Shown here piece after piece: positions 20,923 through 30,319 of a stretch of 64,000 nt of DNA; position 1 is the stretch's first letter, and each line of letters opens with the position of its first letter. The translations under genes were made by a program, and so were the position numbers. The stretch comes from an uncultured Chitinophaga sp. (lineage in GTDB: Bacteria; Bacteroidota; Bacteroidia; Chitinophagales; Chitinophagaceae): positions 1,890 to 65,889 of the forward strand of contig CAYTGN010000015.1 in assembly GCA_964437415.1 (NCBI GenBank). The letters are read 5' to 3'. Below the pieces are notes generated by a model that made no database searches, was not told where the DNA came from, and was given only the letters and a program-made list of their open reading frames with translations.

Positions 20923-22221
20923 TCAGGTTTTCACAAAAGCGCTGATCCCATCTACCAGCACATCCAGGTTTTTTGTTGTAGTATATACATTCGGTGTCAC
21001 CCTCACCCCATGAATATTTTCCCAAACAATACCTACTGTATGAATCTTATATTTATCCAGCAGGAAAGAATCCAACTCTGCTGGTTTTCTTCCTTCAATG
21101 GCCAGGTTGCCGATGGCACAGCCCCATTTCGTGTGAAGCGATGTTTGCAATTTCACTTTTGGAATATCTTTCACTCTTTCCATCCAATAGTTTTTCAGGT
21201 AATGCAGCCGCTTCTGTTTTCTTTCGCTGCCGATCATGTCATGAAATTCCAGCGCCTTGCTGATAGCCTGCTCAATAAAGAAAGGTCTTGTGCCCAATGT
21301 TTCAAACTTGCGGATGTCGTCTTTCAGCGGATCTTCATTCGTTGCAAACAAGGGATAGATGTTTTTGATCTTTTCCTTTCTTACATACAACATACCGCTG
21401 CCAATCGGTGCATACAGCCACTTATGAAGACTTGCGGCAAAATAGTCTGCATCAAGGTCAGGGATTTTAAAATCAAGATGAGCAAAGCTGTGTGCACCGT
21501 CCACCACCACTTCAATGCCTCGTTTATGAGCCTCCTGTGCAATTCTTTTCACCGGCAAAATCTGCCCGTTCCAATTAATGATGTGAGTAACATGTACAAT
21601 TTTGGTTCTGGAAGAAAATGCATTTACATACTGCTGCACCAAATAATCTTCGTCTTCACTGGGTAGTTCCAGATTCACCCACACCATTTTTATTTTATCC
21701 CGGTGCTCTCTCTGCTTATAGGCATTCACCATGTTGGGATAATCCTGTTTGGCGGCTACCACTTCATCACCCGCCTTTAGTTGTAAACCAAAGATCACCG
21801 TTTCCAATCCTTCGGATGAATTGCGGTTAATGGCGATCTCTTCCGCATCACAACCCGCCAGTTTTGCAAGATTTTTTCGAAGCGGCTCCCTGCCCTGGTC
21901 GAGGATGCGCCACATATAATAACTTGGCGCTTCGTTGCTGTAATCATAATACCGCTTCATAGCCTCCTGCACCGTTTTAGGGGCCGGGCTTACACCGCCA
22001 TTATTCAAGTTGATAATGGAAGGAGAAACAGTGAACGATTGCTGTATATAATACCAGAAATCTTCTTCCGTTGCCAACTCATCAGCCGAAAGGTGGCGGG
22101 TATCCTGCAGTGCCTTTTCAAAATTTCGGCTCCAGGATGGTTGCCAAAAAGATGAAAACAACGTGGCTGCAGAAAAAAATCCAGCTCTGCTAACAAATAA
22201 ACGCCGATTGAACTTTTTCAT
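20923..22221 (-). CDS. class V aminotransferase-fold PLP-dependent enzyme with a twin-arginine signal peptide
   Basis: 432 aa. The N-terminus (MKKFNRRLFVSRAGFFSAATLF) resembles a Tat motif (RRxF). The body has an Aminotran_5-like HKWLYAP lysine region. Confidence 0.75.
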   Translation of the reverse strand: MKKFNRRLFVSRAGFFSAATLFSSFWQPSWSRNFEKALQDTRHLSADELATEEDFWYYIQQSFTVSPSIINLNNGGVSPAPKTVQEAMKRYYDYSNEAPSYYMWRILDQGREPLRKNLAKLAGCDAEEIAINRNSSEGLETVIFGLQLKAGDEVVAAKQDYPNMVNAYKQREHRDKIKMVWVNLELPSEDEDYLVQQYVNAFSSRTKIVHVTHIINWNGQILPVKRIAQEAHKRGIEVVVDGAHSFAHLDFKIPDLDADYFAASLHKWLYAPIGSGMLYVRKEKIKNIYPLFATNEDPLKDDIRKFETLGTRPFFIEQAISKALEFHDMIGSERKQKRLHYLKNYWMERVKDIPKVKLQTSLHTKWGCAIGNLAIEGRKPAELDSFLLDKYKIHTVGIVWENIHGVRVTPNVYTTTKNLDVLVDGISAFVKT

Positions 22222-22705
22222 AATATGTATTGAACACTAAATGTAGCCAAATAAGTTATTAGTACCCATGTGGAATGGATGAAAATTCTTTTGCTAACGT
22301 GTAAAAACAGCGGATCAATTTTGTCGAATTGGAATAATCTGATAGCCCCGGATTATCAAAATACTGAACCCGTCTTTTAAACATGAGAATTGAATAATCA
22401 GCTTTAATAAACGACGACGCCAGCAAAACGTCACTTTCTTATTTTATTATCAATTGTATTATACTGAATATTTATGTAGCTTTAAATATAAGAAACCATC
22501 CACATTCATTAATATCCTATCGGGGTTAGCTCTGGCAAAAAAGTAGTAGCAGTCTTTCCAAAGAGATGAAAGGTACTTTCAGCAGTTATTGAAGAATTAC
22601 AACGGTAAGACAAACACGTTTTATTCATTAGAAATCCGCTTACCTGTGAAATCAGTGCTGATTATGTGGCACTATGAGTGCTTATTGCAAAACCAACGAT
22701 AGAAA

Positions 22706-25069
22706 ATGGATTCGTTTGCCGGCACATTGTATTTTCGCCTGCAAAAAACAGCCAGGCTGCTGGTATGCCTTGTGATCATTATTGCAGCCGCTGTTTTAAC
22801 AGGCTGGTCATTTAATATTGAAACGCTGAAGCGTCCGCTGCCAGGACTGGTAGCTATGAACCCATTGTCGGCTGTTTGTCTTGCCTTATCTGCTACTTCC
22901 TTTTTATTATTATCTCACCCAGATCGGACCAGGGCAAAAATAAGCGGCATTGTGCTGGCCGTAGTGGTTATGCTGGCCGGAACAGCAACAATCCTCCATA
23001 ACATATCTGTGATTGAACCGGCTGCCGACCGATTGCTGTTTGCCGCAAAAATGGAAGCCGATAAGGCAGGCATTTCCGGAAATTTCTCCAACAACATGGC
23101 TCTGAATTCCGCCATTTGTTTTGTGCTCACGGGTATGGCTCTGTTGCTGATTCATCGAAAGCAAGAACAGAAAAAAATATTTTCGCAATTCATAGCCGTA
23201 TTTATCGGGCTCCTTAGTTTTCTTTCCATTCTGCTTTATGTGTACCGTGTTGAAGATTTTTATAGTTTGCTGGTGCATGTGCCCATGTCTATTCATGCCG
23301 GCATTTGCTTTTTACTGCTGTGTTTCGCTATCCTGCTTGCACATCCGGATAAGGGCATCATGAAAGAATTCACAGGTCCATATACCGGCAGCATCATGGC
23401 CCGCATCCTGGTACCGGCAGCAATCCTGATTCCGGTTATCCTTGGATTATTGCGGCTGATCGCAAGCTGGCAGGGAAGCATCAGCACTGAACTAGGAGTG
23501 ACATTGCTGGTATTAAGCATCATTATAATTTTTCTTGGATTCATCAGCTACAGTACAACAATACTGAACAATAAAGACCGGCTTCGGGTGAAAGCCGAAA
23601 CCGATTTGCAAAAAAGCCGTGACAGAATCCAGGAACTTTTTGATACTTCTCCTGATGCCGCTGTGATCGTTGACGAAAAGGGACTGATACAAATGGCCAA
23701 TGATCAGTCGGTGGCCCTGTTTGGCTATCAAAAAGCAGAACTGAAAGGACAGCCGGTTGAGATACTTTTACCCGAAGCAATGAGGCTTTCTCACCAGCAA
23801 CACCGCCGCAGCTACATGAAAAACCCGCATACAAGGCCAATGGGTGTTGGCATGGAATTGGAAGCTGTCAAAAAGAACGGGCAATATTTCCCCGTTGAGA
23901 TCAGCCTGTCTCCCCTGCACACCGAAGAAGGTATGGTAATCTCTGCTTCAATAAGAGATGTTACGGAAAGAAAGAAACTAGAACAGCGGCTTAAAAAATT
24001 CAATGAAGAGCTGGAAGAACAGGTTGCTATCAAAACGGCAGAGATCAAAGAAAATGAGGAAAAATTCCGGATGCTGATCGAACGCATCTCTGACGGCTTC
24101 CTGGCGTTGGACAAAAGCTGGCGTTATTCATATGCTAATAAAAAGATCGGTGAGCTGACACACCGGGATCACCATTCTCTCATCGGCAAAAATATCTGGG
24201 AAGAATTTCCGGCAGCCGTTGGCTCTGAGACTTACAAAGCTTTTATGAAAGCCATGGCAGAGCAGCAATATATCACCAACACTGACTATCATGCACCGCT
24301 TGATCTTTGGCAGGAAAATCATATTTATCCGTCAGCAGACGGCCTGTCTGTTTTTATCCGGGATATCACCATTAAAAAAAGGGCTGAACAGGAAATGCAA
24401 AAAGCCAATGAAGAACTGCACCGCTTGTCATCATACCTGCAAAGTGTGAGAGAAGAAGAAAGGGTTCATATTTCCCGTGAGATACACGATGAACTGGGAC
24501 AGCAACTCACCGGGCTTAAAATGTATGTACACAATCTGGAAAAAGGTCTTGGTGATCCGGCAGAAGACAACAGCAGCAGGATAAAAGATATTATTGAGCT
24601 CACAGACGAGATCGTAAGGTCGGTCCGTCGGATTTCATCCAATCTTCGCCCCGCAATTCTTGATGACCTGGGACTGGTGCCTGCATTAGAGTGGCTGGCA
24701 AGGGAAACAGAAAAAAGATCATCCATAAAAGTTGATTTTGAAACAGAACTTTTCCTGCTGGATATGCCTGTCAGTATATCCACAGGGCTCTTCCGCATTT
24801 ACCAGGAAGCGCTGAACAATGCCCTGAAGCACTCCAACGCAAAAAATATAAGAAGCCGCCTCGAACTTAAAGATGATTGGCTCATTCTTGAAATAACTGA
24901 TGATGGAAAAGGAATTGATCCCGCTGCAGAAAAAAGCATCAAAACCTTTGGGCTGCTGGGCATAAGAGAAAGGGTGCATATGATGAAAGGAACATTTGAC
25001 ATGGACAGCCGGCCGGGAAAAGGAACCCGGCTTACCATTGCTGTTCCTCTGACTGAAATTATAAACTGA
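22706..25069 (+). CDS. multi-TM, dual-PAS sensor histidine kinase (HisKA_3/NarX-type DHp plus HATPase_c)
   Basis: 787 aa. About 8 N-terminal TM helices are followed by two PAS-like regions (PDAAVIVDEKG..., ISDGFLALDKSW...), an H-box (REIHDELGQQLTGL), and N/G boxes (EALNNALKHS, DDGKGI, GLLGIRER). Confidence 0.85.
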   Translation: MDSFAGTLYFRLQKTARLLVCLVIIIAAAVLTGWSFNIETLKRPLPGLVAMNPLSAVCLALSATSFLLLSHPDRTRAKISGIVLAVVVMLAGTATILHNISVIEPAADRLLFAAKMEADKAGISGNFSNNMALNSAICFVLTGMALLLIHRKQEQKKIFSQFIAVFIGLLSFLSILLYVYRVEDFYSLLVHVPMSIHAGICFLLLCFAILLAHPDKGIMKEFTGPYTGSIMARILVPAAILIPVILGLLRLIASWQGSISTELGVTLLVLSIIIIFLGFISYSTTILNNKDRLRVKAETDLQKSRDRIQELFDTSPDAAVIVDEKGLIQMANDQSVALFGYQKAELKGQPVEILLPEAMRLSHQQHRRSYMKNPHTRPMGVGMELEAVKKNGQYFPVEISLSPLHTEEGMVISASIRDVTERKKLEQRLKKFNEELEEQVAIKTAEIKENEEKFRMLIERISDGFLALDKSWRYSYANKKIGELTHRDHHSLIGKNIWEEFPAAVGSETYKAFMKAMAEQQYITNTDYHAPLDLWQENHIYPSADGLSVFIRDITIKKRAEQEMQKANEELHRLSSYLQSVREEERVHISREIHDELGQQLTGLKMYVHNLEKGLGDPAEDNSSRIKDIIELTDEIVRSVRRISSNLRPAILDDLGLVPALEWLARETEKRSSIKVDFETELFLLDMPVSISTGLFRIYQEALNNALKHSNAKNIRSRLELKDDWLILEITDDGKGIDPAAEKSIKTFGLLGIRERVHMMKGTFDMDSRPGKGTRLTIAVPLTEIIN

Positions 25070-25074
25070 AACCT

Positions 25075-25707
25075 ATGCTTAGAATCCTGGTTGTAGATGA
25101 CCATGCCATTGTCCGGAACGGGCTGACCCAGATACTGCTGAAAGAATATCCTTCAGCAATCATTGATGAAGCCAATGACACCGAAACGGGCATCCAAAAA
25201 ACGATTACCAATGAGTATGACATTGTGATCAGTGATCTCACCATGCCCGGTCGCAGCGGGCTGGAATTGCTGCAACATGTAAAACATCACTACCCTAAAA
25301 CACCGGTGCTCATCCTGAGCATCCACCCGGAAGACCAGTATGCCATCCGGACACTTAAAGGCGGCGCTTCCGGTTACCTGAGCAAAGACACTGCTACTGC
25401 CGAACTGATCGCTGCTGTGCAAAAAATATTAAATGGCCGTCGCTATATTTCTTCAGCAATTGCAGAAAGAATAGCTGATGAACTGGATAAGAATCCCGCC
25501 GACAAAGCCCCTCATGAATTGCTTTCAGACAGGGAGTTTGATGTGTTCAAACTATTGGCACAAGGTATTTCGGTCTCGGATATTGCCGAAAAGTTTGCGA
25601 TCAGCCTGAGTACTGTCAGCACTTACCGGGCCAGGATATTGCTCAAAATGGGAATGAAAAGCAATGCCCAACTCACCAAATATGCCCTCACCAACAACCT
25701 GGTTTAA
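25075..25707 (+). CDS. NarL/LuxR-family response regulator (REC plus HTH_LuxR), copy 1
   Basis: 210 aa. It has the DD pair (VVDDH), phospho-acceptor context (VISDLTMPG), LSKD, and a C-terminal LuxR HTH (LSDREFDVFKLLAQGISVSDIAEKFAISLSTVSTYR). Confidence 0.9.
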   Translation: MLRILVVDDHAIVRNGLTQILLKEYPSAIIDEANDTETGIQKTITNEYDIVISDLTMPGRSGLELLQHVKHHYPKTPVLILSIHPEDQYAIRTLKGGASGYLSKDTATAELIAAVQKILNGRRYISSAIAERIADELDKNPADKAPHELLSDREFDVFKLLAQGISVSDIAEKFAISLSTVSTYRARILLKMGMKSNAQLTKYALTNNLV

Positions 25708-25863
25708 AGTCGGCAACGTTATCGTTTGCAATTGTAGCTGATATCTGACAGTATTATTCATCCGCCTGCTACCATCCGGGGAATGACTGCATTCTATTTT
25801 TGACCCGGATAATATTTACCTGTTCCAACAGCAATTATTGTCATTTAAATCCAGTCAAAACAA

Positions 25864-26481
25864 ATGCTACGATTTCTTATCGCAGACGACCACGAAATTG
25901 TGAGAAGGGGGCTGAAACATATTCTTCTCAATGAGTTTCCCTCGGCACAAATTAAGGAAGTGGCCGATGGCAGATCACTTTTGACGATAGCTTTGCAACA
26001 GGAATGGGATCTTGTAATTACAGACATCAGCATGCCAGAACTAAGTGGCATCAAAGCATTGCAGCAAATAAAAGAACAAAAACCACAAACCCCTGTACTT
26101 ATTCTCAGCCTTCAGACAGGTGAACAATATAGCAAAACAGCGTTCAGGGCCGGCGCCTCCGGCTATGTTAGCAAAGATGCTCCACCGGAAGAACTTGTAT
26201 CGGCCATCAGCAAAATACTCCGTGGTGAAAAGCAACAGCAGTCCGAAATCAGAGCAGAAAACAAACCCAGCTCTGAAAAACTACCCCACGAACTACTCAC
26301 ACTCCGGGAATTGGAAGTGCTGCGGATGCTGGCCGAAGGGAAGGCTTTGGTGGAAATTGCTACCACTCTTTCCTTATCTCCCAGCACCATCAGCAGCTTC
26401 AGGGCCCGCATCCTCAAAAAAATTGGCGCTGAAAACAATGCCGGGCTTGTTCGTTATGCCGTTGAACACAAGCTGTTATAA
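25864..26481 (+). CDS. NarL/LuxR-family response regulator, copy 2 (paralogue of copy 1)
   Basis: 205 aa with the same motif order as copy 1 (IADDH, VITDISMPE, PVLILS, GASGYVSKD, LTLRELEVLRMLAEGKALVEIA). Confidence 0.9.
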   Translation: MLRFLIADDHEIVRRGLKHILLNEFPSAQIKEVADGRSLLTIALQQEWDLVITDISMPELSGIKALQQIKEQKPQTPVLILSLQTGEQYSKTAFRAGASGYVSKDAPPEELVSAISKILRGEKQQQSEIRAENKPSSEKLPHELLTLRELEVLRMLAEGKALVEIATTLSLSPSTISSFRARILKKIGAENNAGLVRYAVEHKLL

Positions 26482-26626
26482 AGCCAATTCATTTAAAGTA
26501 GAAGTTTTACTACAAGTCCGGTGAATACTATTAGACATTGTAAACAGTGAATCCTCTATTTTATACAATAGCCGACTTTCCGTTCTTTACACCCGTAATC
26601 AATCTCCTGTTTAATTAGTAAAACTT

Positions 26627-27298
26627 ATGGAAAAATCGCCTGTAACAAACCCCGGTAAGAAAATAAGCATCCTTATTGCCGATGACCATACATTAGTAAG
26701 AGAATTGTGGACGGCGATGCTCAACAGCCAGCCCGATATGGAAGTAGTGGCCTCCTGCAGCACCGGTGAAGAAGCTGTTGAAAAAGCAAAAGAACTGAGA
26801 CCCGATGTGGTAACGATGGATATCAACATGCCCGGCATGAATGGTTTTGAAGCAGCCGGACTGATCCGTAAATATTCTCCTGCTTCCAGGATCGTTGGAG
26901 TATCATTACACAGCCAGCCCGCCTATGCAAAACGCATGATGCAAAAAGGAGCCCTGGGCTATGTGACCAAAAATTCTACTTCTGCAGAAATGATCGAAGC
27001 CATCAAAGAAGTGGCAAAGGGCAAAAAATTCATCTGTGAAGAGATCAAAAGAAATCTTTGTGATGCTGTTATCGGTGAAGAAAATAACAATAATGCTATT
27101 CACACTTTGTCCGCCAGGGAGATTGAATGTATTGAACACATCCGCCAGGGTCTTATTTCCAAAGAAATCGCCGAAACGATGAAAATATCCAACAAAACCG
27201 TAGAAGTGCACCGTTATAATATCCTGAAAAAACTCAACCTGAAAAACACAGCGGCCCTTGTGAATTTCGTCAATAACCAACCTGAGTTTGCCCGATAA
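26627..27298 (+). CDS. NarL/LuxR-family response regulator, copy 3 (more divergent)
   Basis: 223 aa. Motifs: IADDH, VTMDINMPGMNG, GALGYVTKN, LSAREIECIEHIRQGLISKEIAETMKISNKTVEVHR. Confidence 0.9.
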   Translation: MEKSPVTNPGKKISILIADDHTLVRELWTAMLNSQPDMEVVASCSTGEEAVEKAKELRPDVVTMDINMPGMNGFEAAGLIRKYSPASRIVGVSLHSQPAYAKRMMQKGALGYVTKNSTSAEMIEAIKEVAKGKKFICEEIKRNLCDAVIGEENNNNAIHTLSAREIECIEHIRQGLISKEIAETMKISNKTVEVHRYNILKKLNLKNTAALVNFVNNQPEFAR

Positions 27299-27333
27299 TA
27301 TTTTAGTAAGCAGTCGTGTTGATTTTTGCAATG

Positions 27334-27360
27334 GCCCGGTTTCAACCGGGTCATTTTTTT
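27334..27360 (+). terminator. Rho-independent terminator after response regulator 3
   Basis: CCCGG-TTTCAA-CCGGG hairpin followed by TCATTTTTTT. Confidence 0.6.
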
Positions 27361-27483
27361 GGCCTTATCTCAATTCGGCTCTGATCTCTTGCCTCTTTTT
27401 GAGCCCTTTTACCAACTTGGCTGTGAAGTCAAAAAAAACTAACTTCCAATCTGCCTTTTGCAGGCAAGATAAAATAACTGTTT

Positions 27484-30132
27484 ATGAAAATATTGGAGAT
27501 CAAAGTGCTGAAAGGCCCAAACTACTGGAGTGTCCGCCGCCCCAAACTGATACAGATGAAGCTGGACCTTGAAGAAATAGAACAGCGGCCCACGAATACC
27601 ATTCCCGGTTTTCGTGAAAGATTGGAAAAACTGTTTCCCAGTATGTATGAACACCGCTGCAGTGTGGGCAAACCCGGTGGCTTTTTTCAACGGGTGGATG
27701 AAGGCACCTGGATGGGGCATGTGATCGAACACATTGCTCTGGAACTGCAAACCCTTGCAGGCATGGATACCGGTTTTGGCCGCACCCGGACACCAGAAGG
27801 CGAAAAAGAAGGAGTGTATTATGTGGTGTTCAGTTATATGGAAGAAGATGCCGGTCTGTATGCAGCAAAAGCCTCCGTGAAAATTGCAGAGGCTTTGATT
27901 GACGGAACAGAATATGATCTTGCAGAAGATATCCAGCAACTAAGAGTGATCAGGGAAGATACAAGACTCGGGCCTTCCACCGGATGCATTGTGGAAGAAG
28001 CTGCAAAACGGGGCATACCTTTTATAAGACTGAACAAGCAAAGCCTGGTGCAGTTGGGTTATGGAATGAACCAGAAAAGGATAAGAGCCACTATCGCATC
28101 TACTACTAGCAATATCGCCGTTGATATTGCCTGCGACAAAGAAGAAACCAAGCTTTTGCTGGAGGCGGCCGAGATACCTGTGCCAAGAGGAACGGTGATA
28201 AGAACAGAGGCCGGGCTTGATGACGCCATTGAAAAATTTGGTTACCCCCTGGTGATAAAACCGATTGATGGCAACCATGGAAAAGGCAACACTACCAATA
28301 TCACCAACAAGGAACAGGCACTGAGAGCTTTTGCAGCCGCCAAAGAATACAGCCGCAGTGTGATCGTGGAGCGTTTCATCACCGGTTATGATTTCCGCTG
28401 CCTCGTTATTAATTACAAATTCATCTGCGCAGCATTGCGAACACCGGCTTCCGTGGTGGGAGATGGAGTTCACAACATTCAATGGCTGATTGACGAAACC
28501 AACAAAGACCCACGCCGCGGTTATGGTCATGAAAAAGTGCTGACACAAATAACAGTTGACCAGTTCACCCAAAAAATGCTGGATGATATTGGCTACACAC
28601 TGGAGACCATCCCGGCAAAAGATGAAAGAGTATTGCTGAAACCCACAGCGAACCTTTCCACCGGCGGCACATCCACCGATGTAACCGATGAAGTGCATCC
28701 CGCTAATATTTTCATGTTTGAAAGAATCGCAAAGATCATCGGTCTCGACATTTGCGGCATTGATGTAATGGCCTCCGATCTGCGAACACCAGTTGCAGAA
28801 AACGGCGGCGCTATTCTCGAAGTGAATGCAGCGCCGGGATTCCGTATGCACATTGAACCGGCTGAAGGTTTGCCCAGGAATGTGGCCGAACCGGTAGTGG
28901 ATATGCTTTTCCCCAAAGGAACAGCAGGCCGCATACCCATCATTGCTGTTACAGGAACAAATGGTAAAACAACCACCACCAGGCTGACTGCGCATATTGC
29001 AAAAAGTGCCGGTAAAAAAGTCGGTTATACCACCAGTGATGGTGTATATATACAAAACCAACTGATGATGAAAGGCGATTGTACTGGCCCGGTCTCGTCA
29101 GCTTTTGTATTAAAAGATCCCACTGTAGATTTTGCTGTGTTAGAATGTGCACGGGGTGGCATCCTGAAAGCAGGTCTTGCATTTCAGAACAGTGAAGTGG
29201 CTATTGTTACCAATGTAGCTGCCGATCATATGGGGCTGGGTGGTATCCATACCCTTGATGCGATGGCAAAAGTAAAGGCTGTGGTGCCGGAAACGGTTTT
29301 CCCGCATGGCTATGCCGTACTTAATGCGGATGATGACCTTGTTTATAAAATGAAGGATGACCTGAAATGCAATATCGCTTTGTTCAGTATGGACGAGAAC
29401 AATCCCCGCATTAAAGCACATGCAGCTGAAAATGGTTTATCCTGTGTGTATGAAAACGGGTATGTCACCCTGATGAAAGGCAACTGGAAGATAAGAGTGT
29501 TGCCTGCTAAAAGCATCCCCTTGACCTATGAAGCAAAAGCAACACATAATATCAATAACTGTTTACCCGCTGTGCTGGCAACCTACCTGTTCAGGGATAT
29601 TACGATTGAAGACATTCGCACTGGCCTGCAAACATTTATTCCCAGTGAAAGCCTAACACCCGGGCGGTTGAATTTCTTTCATTTCAAAAATTTCACCATG
29701 CTGGCCGACTTTGCCCACAACCCGCATGGTTTGCAGTTGCTTTGTGATTTTGTGAGCAAGCTGGATTATCCTTCGAGAATCGGTGTTATTTCAGGCACCG
29801 GTGACCGGAGAGATGAAGACATCCGTGAACTGGGGGAAATTTCAGCAAAATATTTTGATGAGATCATTATCCGATGTGATAAAAACCTGCGTGGAAGAAC
29901 GGCCGATGAAATCATCGGATTACTGAAAGAAGGTATTGAAAAAATCAATCCTTCTGTTCCGGTGATGACCATTCCAAACGAAGACCAGGCCCTTGATTAT
30001 ATTTATGAAAACCCACGGCATGGCGCTTTGTATACCATCATGTGTGATGTGGTGGCCCGTGCTTTGGATAAAATAAAGGAACTGAAGGAAAGGGAGGAGA
30101 GTGAGGCGAAACCGTTAGCAGTTAGCCATTAG
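27484..30132 (+). CDS. cphA: cyanophycin synthetase
   Basis: 882 aa. The N-terminus (MKILEIKVLKGPNYWS...RPTNTIPGF...GTWMGHVIEHIALELQ) is diagnostic. It is followed by an ATP-grasp domain and a Mur-ligase-like domain (IIAVTGTNGKTTTTRL). Confidence 0.9.
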   Translation: MKILEIKVLKGPNYWSVRRPKLIQMKLDLEEIEQRPTNTIPGFRERLEKLFPSMYEHRCSVGKPGGFFQRVDEGTWMGHVIEHIALELQTLAGMDTGFGRTRTPEGEKEGVYYVVFSYMEEDAGLYAAKASVKIAEALIDGTEYDLAEDIQQLRVIREDTRLGPSTGCIVEEAAKRGIPFIRLNKQSLVQLGYGMNQKRIRATIASTTSNIAVDIACDKEETKLLLEAAEIPVPRGTVIRTEAGLDDAIEKFGYPLVIKPIDGNHGKGNTTNITNKEQALRAFAAAKEYSRSVIVERFITGYDFRCLVINYKFICAALRTPASVVGDGVHNIQWLIDETNKDPRRGYGHEKVLTQITVDQFTQKMLDDIGYTLETIPAKDERVLLKPTANLSTGGTSTDVTDEVHPANIFMFERIAKIIGLDICGIDVMASDLRTPVAENGGAILEVNAAPGFRMHIEPAEGLPRNVAEPVVDMLFPKGTAGRIPIIAVTGTNGKTTTTRLTAHIAKSAGKKVGYTTSDGVYIQNQLMMKGDCTGPVSSAFVLKDPTVDFAVLECARGGILKAGLAFQNSEVAIVTNVAADHMGLGGIHTLDAMAKVKAVVPETVFPHGYAVLNADDDLVYKMKDDLKCNIALFSMDENNPRIKAHAAENGLSCVYENGYVTLMKGNWKIRVLPAKSIPLTYEAKATHNINNCLPAVLATYLFRDITIEDIRTGLQTFIPSESLTPGRLNFFHFKNFTMLADFAHNPHGLQLLCDFVSKLDYPSRIGVISGTGDRRDEDIRELGEISAKYFDEIIIRCDKNLRGRTADEIIGLLKEGIEKINPSVPVMTIPNEDQALDYIYENPRHGALYTIMCDVVARALDKIKELKEREESEAKPLAVSH

Positions 30133-30159
30133 TCAGAAGCCAAAAGGCTTAAAAAACCA

Positions 30160-30191
30160 TTTGGCACAAATCCCGGCAACCCCTATTTTTG
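30160..30191 (+). promoter_or_regulatory. Bacteroidota sigma-A-type promoter for tRNA-Gln (-33 TTTG, -7 TAnnTTTG)
   Basis: TTTG lies at 30160-30163 and TATTTTTG (TAnnTTTG consensus) at 30184-30191, with a 20-nt spacer, about 29 nt upstream of the tRNA 5' end. Confidence 0.55.
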
Positions 30192-30219
30192 CACCCCGTT
30201 CCGAAAGGAATGTTCAGGA

Positions 30220-30290
30220 TGAGCTATGGTGTAACGGTAGCACTACAGATTTTGGTTCTGTCTGTCTAGGTTCGAATCCTAGTAGCTCAA
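30220..30290 (+). tRNA. tRNA-Gln (anticodon UUG), CCA not encoded
   Basis: Hand-folded cloverleaf: acceptor TGAGCTA/TAGCTCA (U1:A72 as in tRNA-Gln), D-arm GTGT-AACGGTA-GCAC, anticodon arm ACAGA-TTTTGGT-TCTGT, 4-nt variable loop, T-arm CTAGG-TTCGAAT-CCTAG, discriminator A. Confidence 0.9.
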
Positions 30291-30294
30291 CGAG

Positions 30295-30319
30295 AGACCT
30301 TATGACAAGGTCTTTTTTT
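30295..30319 (+). terminator. hairpin plus T7 tract between the tRNA-Gln and the GIY-YIG ORF
   Basis: AGACCTT-ATGAC-AAGGTCT followed by TTTTTT. The T-run directly abuts the ATG at 30320. Confidence 0.65.

Noticed and set aside
20887-21666. A 259-aa plus-strand ORF overlapping the class V aminotransferase gene.
   Set aside because: It is antisense to a well-supported frame and its composition is implausible (Cys/Phe/His-rich). It is a shadow ORF. The same reasoning applies to 7003-7494, 14526-14912, 37342-37767, 44367-44879, 51086-51649, 53302-53643 and similar track entries.
27940-29061. A 373-aa ORF on the minus strand, plus several other 60-170-aa ORFs, inside cphA.
   Set aside because: It lies antisense to a strongly supported cyanophycin synthetase frame. 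The translation is Cys/His/Phe-rich, low-complexity and without motifs, which is a typical shadow ORF.
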